Below are positions 62,400-64,000 of a DNA stretch of 64,000 nucleotides, in pieces; the stretch's first letter is position 1, and every line of letters starts with the position of its first letter. This stretch comes from Mobula hypostoma. Taxonomy: Eukaryota. The notes under the pieces were generated by a model. That model saw only the letters and a program-made list of their open reading frames with translations, was not told where the DNA came from and searched no databases. Both the position numbers and the translations under genes were made by a program. The DNA is taken from positions 6,944,001 to 7,008,000 of the forward strand of contig NW_026948187.1 of NCBI RefSeq assembly GCF_963921235.1. The letters run 5' to 3'.

Positions 62400-64000
62400 G
62401 GATGATCTTGTTGCACCGTTACAGATTGTCAGATTGTGTGATGATGTGGCCATCAGTGAATCGTGGATGATTGACGGTTACATTTCGCACCTGAACGTCC
62501 GAGTCTTCAGGTTGTAGCAGAGGGATAGGAGTGTCGGCAGAGTGGGTGGCTTGGCTGTGCAGAAAATAATGGCACCTGCTCAGTAGAAAATGTGGCATGG
62601 GATCATAAGCTGTGGAATCCTTGTCTGTTGAGTTCCGAAACTGCCAGGGTAACCAAATCTTCATGGGAGGTATAAACAGTTCTACCGACAGTAGAAGGGA
62701 TACAGACCACAGATTTCAACGGGAAAAAAATATATGCCTGCAGGGCAATATTCTTCAGATATCAGCCATCGGATTTTTTTCTAATGCATCTCGATTGATT
62801 TGGTTCGTCTTTGCAGTTTGTCCTTCGGCCGCCGTGGGGATCAGCCACACTGGGCTGGGTGTTATGAAATGAACCAAAAATGATTCGGGGAGCACATGGT
62901 AAAATAACCCTTCGGAGGCAGTGATCACACCCTGATTGGCTTCAACTTGACATATTACAGGGAGAAATTAAAGTCTGACGCAGCGGTGTTTCAGTGCCGT
63001 AAACGGGATTACAGTGGTCTGAGAAAGGTCTCGACCGAAGTAAGTTTGAAGGAGATGCTGTCAGCGTCATTTGCAGGGCAGAAATGGTGTGAGTTTCTGG
63101 TAAAACGGGGGAACGTGCAGAATAGATCGATTCTGAAAACAAAGGAATAGTCCAAAAGCAAAATAGTACAATCGTGGGGGACAAGGGAAGTCAAACCAAA
63201 CGTAAAAGCAAAAGAGTGAGCATACAACGGAGCAAAAATGAATATTAAGCATACGGAGAGCAACTAAATGACTCATTAGATGGAAAAGATGAAATTAGAA
63301 AGCAAGCTATCAAAAACTTCTAAGTGGATTTTAACAGCCTTTTCAAATATAAAGGAGAAATGAGAGTAGATGTAGGACCGCCAGAAAATGAGGAAATAAA
63401 AAATACAACGGTGGACAAGGAGATGGCAGATGAACTATATGAGTGGGTAGCATCAGTCTTCACTGTGGAGGAATCGAGCGGCTTGCCTGATGTTGCACTG
63501 TGTGAAGGAAGAGAGGTGGGTTCACATACTGTTACAAGAGAGAAGCTGTTAAGCACCAGAAAGAACGCAGGTTGCATAAGTCACCCGGGCCAGCCCAACT
63601 GCACCATTGGGCTCCAAAAGAGATTGGAGAGGCATTTTCAATGATCTTTCTAAAAATATTGGACTTTGTCATAGTGTCAGAGGGCTGAAAGATTTCAACT
63701 GCCATCAGATTGTTTAGGAAAGGAGGAAGGTAGCAGAAAGGGAAATATATATCATATATCCTATCTCAGTGGTTGGGAAGATGTTGGATTCAATTGTTAA
63801 GGATGAGGACAAGAGAGGGCAAATTCAGCACGTTCCTCTGCTGTCTCTCTCGGTACCCTACGCCGATATCATCAGCCTCAAGGGACTCTCATATTTCAAA
63901 AATTTGCTAAAAATCCTGCCGGACCTGCTGGATTTCATTGAGGAGAATCCATTCAGATAGATAAGCGGGACGCAGTAGATGTTGTCCGTTTGGACACTCA
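62400..64000 (+). mobile_element. Old CR1 ORF2 fragment, inverted paralogue of 34400-35700 / 45570-46700
   Basis: MVGKMLDSIVKDEDKRGQIQHVPLLSLSV matches MVGKILDSIVNDEDKRGQSQPVPLLSRSV, including the non-CR1 insert. Confidence 0.75.

Noticed and set aside
1-64000. rRNA, tRNA genes, CRISPR arrays, prokaryotic systems
   Set aside because: None seen. tRNA-like A/B boxes occur only as SINE heads, and the DNA is vertebrate.

Overview
Eukaryotic genomic DNA from a cartilaginous fish, probably a ray. The evidence is the shark/ray-type CR1, HE1/V-SINE, Penelope and R4 repeats and the GPR139-like expansion. There are three short assembly gaps. The left third (1-21 kb) is part of an unrearranged T-cell receptor V-gene cluster, most consistent with TCR beta. 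It has three complete leader+V genes, each with a 23-bp-spacer RSS. V1 is on the minus strand and Cys-rich, V2 is on the plus strand, and V3 is on the plus strand and resembles mammalian TRBV30. A fourth, orphan leader exon sits behind a canonical V-beta decamer/CRE promoter element. I found no D, J or C segment. The right two thirds hold a minus-strand tandem array of two-exon GPR139/GPR142-like 7TM receptor genes: two intact 368-aa genes and one doubly frameshifted copy lacking exon 1. The array shows hypervariable extracellular loops, a probable gene-conversion patch and inverted segmental duplications. The rest is mostly decayed transposable elements (CR1, Rex1/L2, Gypsy LTRs, Tc1, R4/Dong, Penelope with degenerate hammerhead cores, SINEs) and simple repeats. 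All calls were made by eye; repeat boundaries are approximate.
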